DNA of 62,672 nucleotides, filler included, from It is 5 parts of 5 records of this genome, joined end to end, with 100 filler letters (N's around TTAATTAATTAA, not from the genome) between each part and the next. Parts side by side here need not be neighbours in the genome. Positions count along the whole stretch, not along the records: positions 48,837 to 62,672 come from DRR723986_16873; 4 more parts are not named here. One strand, 5' to 3'. Shown piece by piece: positions 60,601 to 62,672 of this stretch (position 1 is its first letter; each line of letters starts with the position of its first letter). The notes under the pieces were generated by a model. It saw only the letters and a program-made list of their open reading frames with translations, ran no database searches and was not told where the DNA came from. The position numbers and the translations under genes were made by a program.

Positions 60601-62672
60601 TATCCAAAGCCCGATACAGCATGCCTCAATAACCTGGACTACCTTGAAGATGGATCACCGGATTCGCTATGGGAATGTGGCGTGGGCTTCAGCGACAGTG
60701 CCGCTCATATTAACAACTTTGCATTATATGGTTGTTATCTGCAGGAGCGATGGAACACACTCGACGACGAGATTGCCGCAGATCGCTTTGATGATGATTT
60801 GCCGGAATTTCCCTGCGATATTGTTAACAGTCGCGACTGTAGGGATTCGATTTTACAGGCGATGACAGACACGTGCAAATCGATCTGTGAGTCGCGCCGT
60901 TCGGGTTTTGCAGACTCTGTTGCCTGGTCATTTCATGAGCGCGGGTACAGTTTACCTGATATTCCGAGCCTGGGTAAAACGTATAGTCAATGGCAGCCGG
61001 ACTTTGAGTTGAGCGCGACTATCACGGCAGAAGATATCCTGTGTCTGGTTGATATTCTGGTTGACAACTGTTCGCAGCAATGTGAGCTAACGATGGTACC
61101 CTACGTTGCTCCCAGGGATACTGCCGACTCATTAATGGGGACACCGGAGGAACTGGAGAATTATCAGAATGCGCGTCTCAACCCCTTCTGGGCTACCAAA
61201 CTTCCAAACGACTGTGGTGAGTGTGAGGATACTACATGGTCCAAATACATGCTCGAAGGTGCCGATACTACACTGCTGGCAGCACTGGATACACTTAACT
61301 GTCATCTGAGTCGGGTGCGTGCGCAACTGGTAGTCGATAATAACGATGTTACGCTGTGGAATCCGCATGCTGCTTTCACGGCGGCGGCCCAGGTGTATTC
61401 GGCACTGGCTACCTGTCTGGCCGATACAAGCAGGAATATCCTGGTTAGCAGGTATTGGCACAACCAGTTCAGGATAGAGCCGGTCTACACTGCCGGCATC
61501 GTAACCAGCTGCCAAATTGTATATGATCAGGCTCTCTCAATTGATGGCCTGACCGATGCTGATGTTGGAGATGTTGTACGCGAATGGCAAGAATATCCTG
61601 CCCTCGTGCATTTGAATTCCTACCTCAACGAATCCTGGGGTGTAGGACACACAATTCCGAACTTCCTGAGTTTTTATCAGGGAGATTCCTGTAGTACGAA
61701 AGGGCTTCTGGGAAGTGACTTTTATACCTGGTATTACCCGACATATCCGGTGAACTATGATCAGTGTTCAGATCCACTCCACCATAGCTGGTATGCCTGT
61801 AACACGATAGGAGGACAACCTGCCAACGATGTCTATCTGCCTTGTTACGGTGGGCAGCGTAATGTTGCAATGTCATCCCTGGTGGATATTACCTCACAAT
61901 CCTTGCAGTACTTTCGGCGTTCGACTGATGACGCAAACCTGTATTCCACCGGTCGTTACAGTTTTGACTTTCACACGACCAATGGCAATACTCTCGGGTT
62001 CTGGATGCAGGTCAGCGGTGACCGTGGTTGTACATCGGATTTCATGGACTCGATACATGTGGAAATTGGTTATAACAGCGATCTGGAATATGCCATTTGG
62101 TCCTGCGGTTTTGAAACGACGATAGCAGGTGCGGAACTTGATTTGTTACTGGATGGCAAGTTCACGGAGAACATTGGCTACTTCCGTTTAAATAGCGAAG
62201 GTGAACTGGAGTTCTATTTTGAGTGTCAGGGTGAGTCTATTGTCATACCCGGTATGGACTTCCACTGTCCTGATCCATGCGGTAGTTCAACAGTCATGTG
62301 TGAGATTCCCTGCAGTGCTACCAGTTGTAGACCGATTTGTTTTAAGTGGATGGATCTGCCCGAGATCGTGGTACAGTTTGCTCCCAGACCCAAATCCTGC
62401 GCCGAGCAGGAGGTCGAGCATTTAATGAACTACCTGCAGCAACAGCTTTACGATATCTGTCTGGAAGAGTCGATGCAGGAAGTCCAGCGCGCCTATCGCC
62501 AGGAATGTGGCCTGCCCTCCTCACTCGAAGATGAATTCATTGCCGAGTACAGCTCAAGCTACTACCACTACACACTCTACTACTACGACCGTGCGGGCAA
62601 CCTGATTAAAACAATTCCGCCGGCGGGCGTGGACCTTGAGCATGCCGACACCTTGACACGTAATGCGCGGCC
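57679..62672 (+). CDS. Giant secreted Cys-rich RHS/YD-repeat protein (>1660 aa), 3' end beyond the window
   Basis: Not in the ORF track (no stop within the window). GGAGG SD, ATG at 57679, signal/TM region VVTGLVVVAGVLFAA, FN3-like EGSGLYVWRVRPIG...WGCWS, INYADGLLFSRQ...IYDYSGRP, and YHYTLYYYDRAGNLIKTIPPAGV at the window end. Confidence 0.85.
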   Translation, partial: MSNLNKNLWSYVGRVVTGLVVVAGVLFAAAPPQQFAKSGDEQNGKSSADDTFIDPPLLESYYVHEKSTDSLLSGTDLAQGGTIELNLHADPGLDYCAYRCMKSTKLMVRLDVNGGDEVFDNGKNSMFSASVEFEMKRARNSGILVASTINESIDIGVSGDSVSPEGWFVWDLTDDHPGNCVTSGISQFEKVIVDIISVTLPGGSLNDSLRFEARLVEEYAVDAQKTGETCGTAAARLVEPIPAFSQHPQVFKWQNISCANDSFPNYQFQLLRLFNTDTANRNEATIIKTKVDWDKALTLETYGPKQEMKLTVAEGSGLYVWRVRPIGDRYEGGVANSANWGCWSLAPPDDTVMEITSSVTSFLPAYYNDCLLDYTQFDDTLNFIYGRTFSEGQNSVPGISETINYADGLLFSRQQQARLQSQDCVLVSGSIYDYSGRPSLAPLGAPVNQNRFGYISELYKADGELYRAEHFDTDTKLYSPDLLDGGPVADYWSSVNPDRQIPSADSLAFARTIFYPEASGRVAEQSGPGRTHSLYGGRTVKTVYSNATDKELTSIFGEEAPLDSGVTRVTSTDQNKVSSVQYLEKEGRVLATALIWQPGNDSLLTALDQETEVNNLVNSLSIADTIKTPSAKSLDYNIHGMRKLVLTDSQDVVFKYKLTAKSFESMCEDYCSTCDYLVVRNVRELGSDAGPILRDTLIVNPADCLMAGDTSLPDVTITLPPGVYSYSRRVYTNNADPAVLPDTTRLMRVSHANAVREMFLQRASSELNAIFGAELTTYFDPNIAPNDTLFEAMLSNYETYRGQLDSNKTILFDSCCAIFLPENDCPDGCNPRVNFEEYLYGMWADSLGLDSTVNAFFRHRDGTDRFPHLQDTTGQDTGWFNLIVDNMIADGYDCKELFRCWQGVALAYPGRAYRVIYNSVGVNRLDTNESGEYVYNRGYDLLEDFLNCAGYKLCKYSDYAYAEPAGNLRYPYKHYPKPDTACLNNLDYLEDGSPDSLWECGVGFSDSAAHINNFALYGCYLQERWNTLDDEIAADRFDDDLPEFPCDIVNSRDCRDSILQAMTDTCKSICESRRSGFADSVAWSFHERGYSLPDIPSLGKTYSQWQPDFELSATITAEDILCLVDILVDNCSQQCELTMVPYVAPRDTADSLMGTPEELENYQNARLNPFWATKLPNDCGECEDTTWSKYMLEGADTTLLAALDTLNCHLSRVRAQLVVDNNDVTLWNPHAAFTAAAQVYSALATCLADTSRNILVSRYWHNQFRIEPVYTAGIVTSCQIVYDQALSIDGLTDADVGDVVREWQEYPALVHLNSYLNESWGVGHTIPNFLSFYQGDSCSTKGLLGSDFYTWYYPTYPVNYDQCSDPLHHSWYACNTIGGQPANDVYLPCYGGQRNVAMSSLVDITSQSLQYFRRSTDDANLYSTGRYSFDFHTTNGNTLGFWMQVSGDRGCTSDFMDSIHVEIGYNSDLEYAIWSCGFETTIAGAELDLLLDGKFTENIGYFRLNSEGELEFYFECQGESIVIPGMDFHCPDPCGSSTVMCEIPCSATSCRPICFKWMDLPEIVVQFAPRPKSCAEQEVEHLMNYLQQQLYDICLEESMQEVQRAYRQECGLPSSLEDEFIAEYSSSYYHYTLYYYDRAGNLIKTIPPAGVDLEHADTLTRNAR

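Overview
The window is not one continuous locus. It is five contigs joined by 100-bp N44-TTAATTAATTAA-N44 linkers and comes from at least three organisms. Contig 1 (1-22634) is a high-GC, Hyphomonadaceae/Caulobacterales-like alphaproteobacterium. It carries an acyl-CoA dehydrogenase fragment, a degenerate CobT homologue, pyk, a SahR-metF-VOC-metH(N)-GGCT-metH(C) methionine operon with a clear operator, mlaA/mlaC, a TPR-lipoprotein/coiled-coil/TerB/L,D-transpeptidase cluster, an amidase, a GT2, ettA, YciI and a Sel1 protein. Contig 2 (22735-29673) is Roseobacter-type housekeeping DNA: hemH', a methyltransferase, comF, grxC, a nitrilase, MarR, ubiG, pip, a truncated SBP, rimP and nusA'. Contigs 3-5 are about 45-55% GC; contigs 3 and 5 look FCB-group (Bacteroidota/Kapabacteria-like), while the origin of contig 4 is less certain. 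Contig 3 encodes two T9SS-type cargo proteins, one of 1836 aa. Contig 4 holds a membrane-anchored 14-TPR protein and an operon in which an SLC12/CCC cation-chloride cotransporter fused to a helical stalk and P-loop ATPase precedes two MscS genes. Contig 5 is a secreted YD/RHS-type locus: a >2000-aa YD-shell protein, a Cys-rich protein, a LolA-like protein, an FGE-fold lipoprotein and a >1660-aa Cys-rich RHS protein that is absent from the ORF track because it runs off the window. The best candidates for under-described systems are the CCC-ATPase/MscS operon and the two-giant YD/RHS locus. All calls come from motifs read by eye; no database searches were run.
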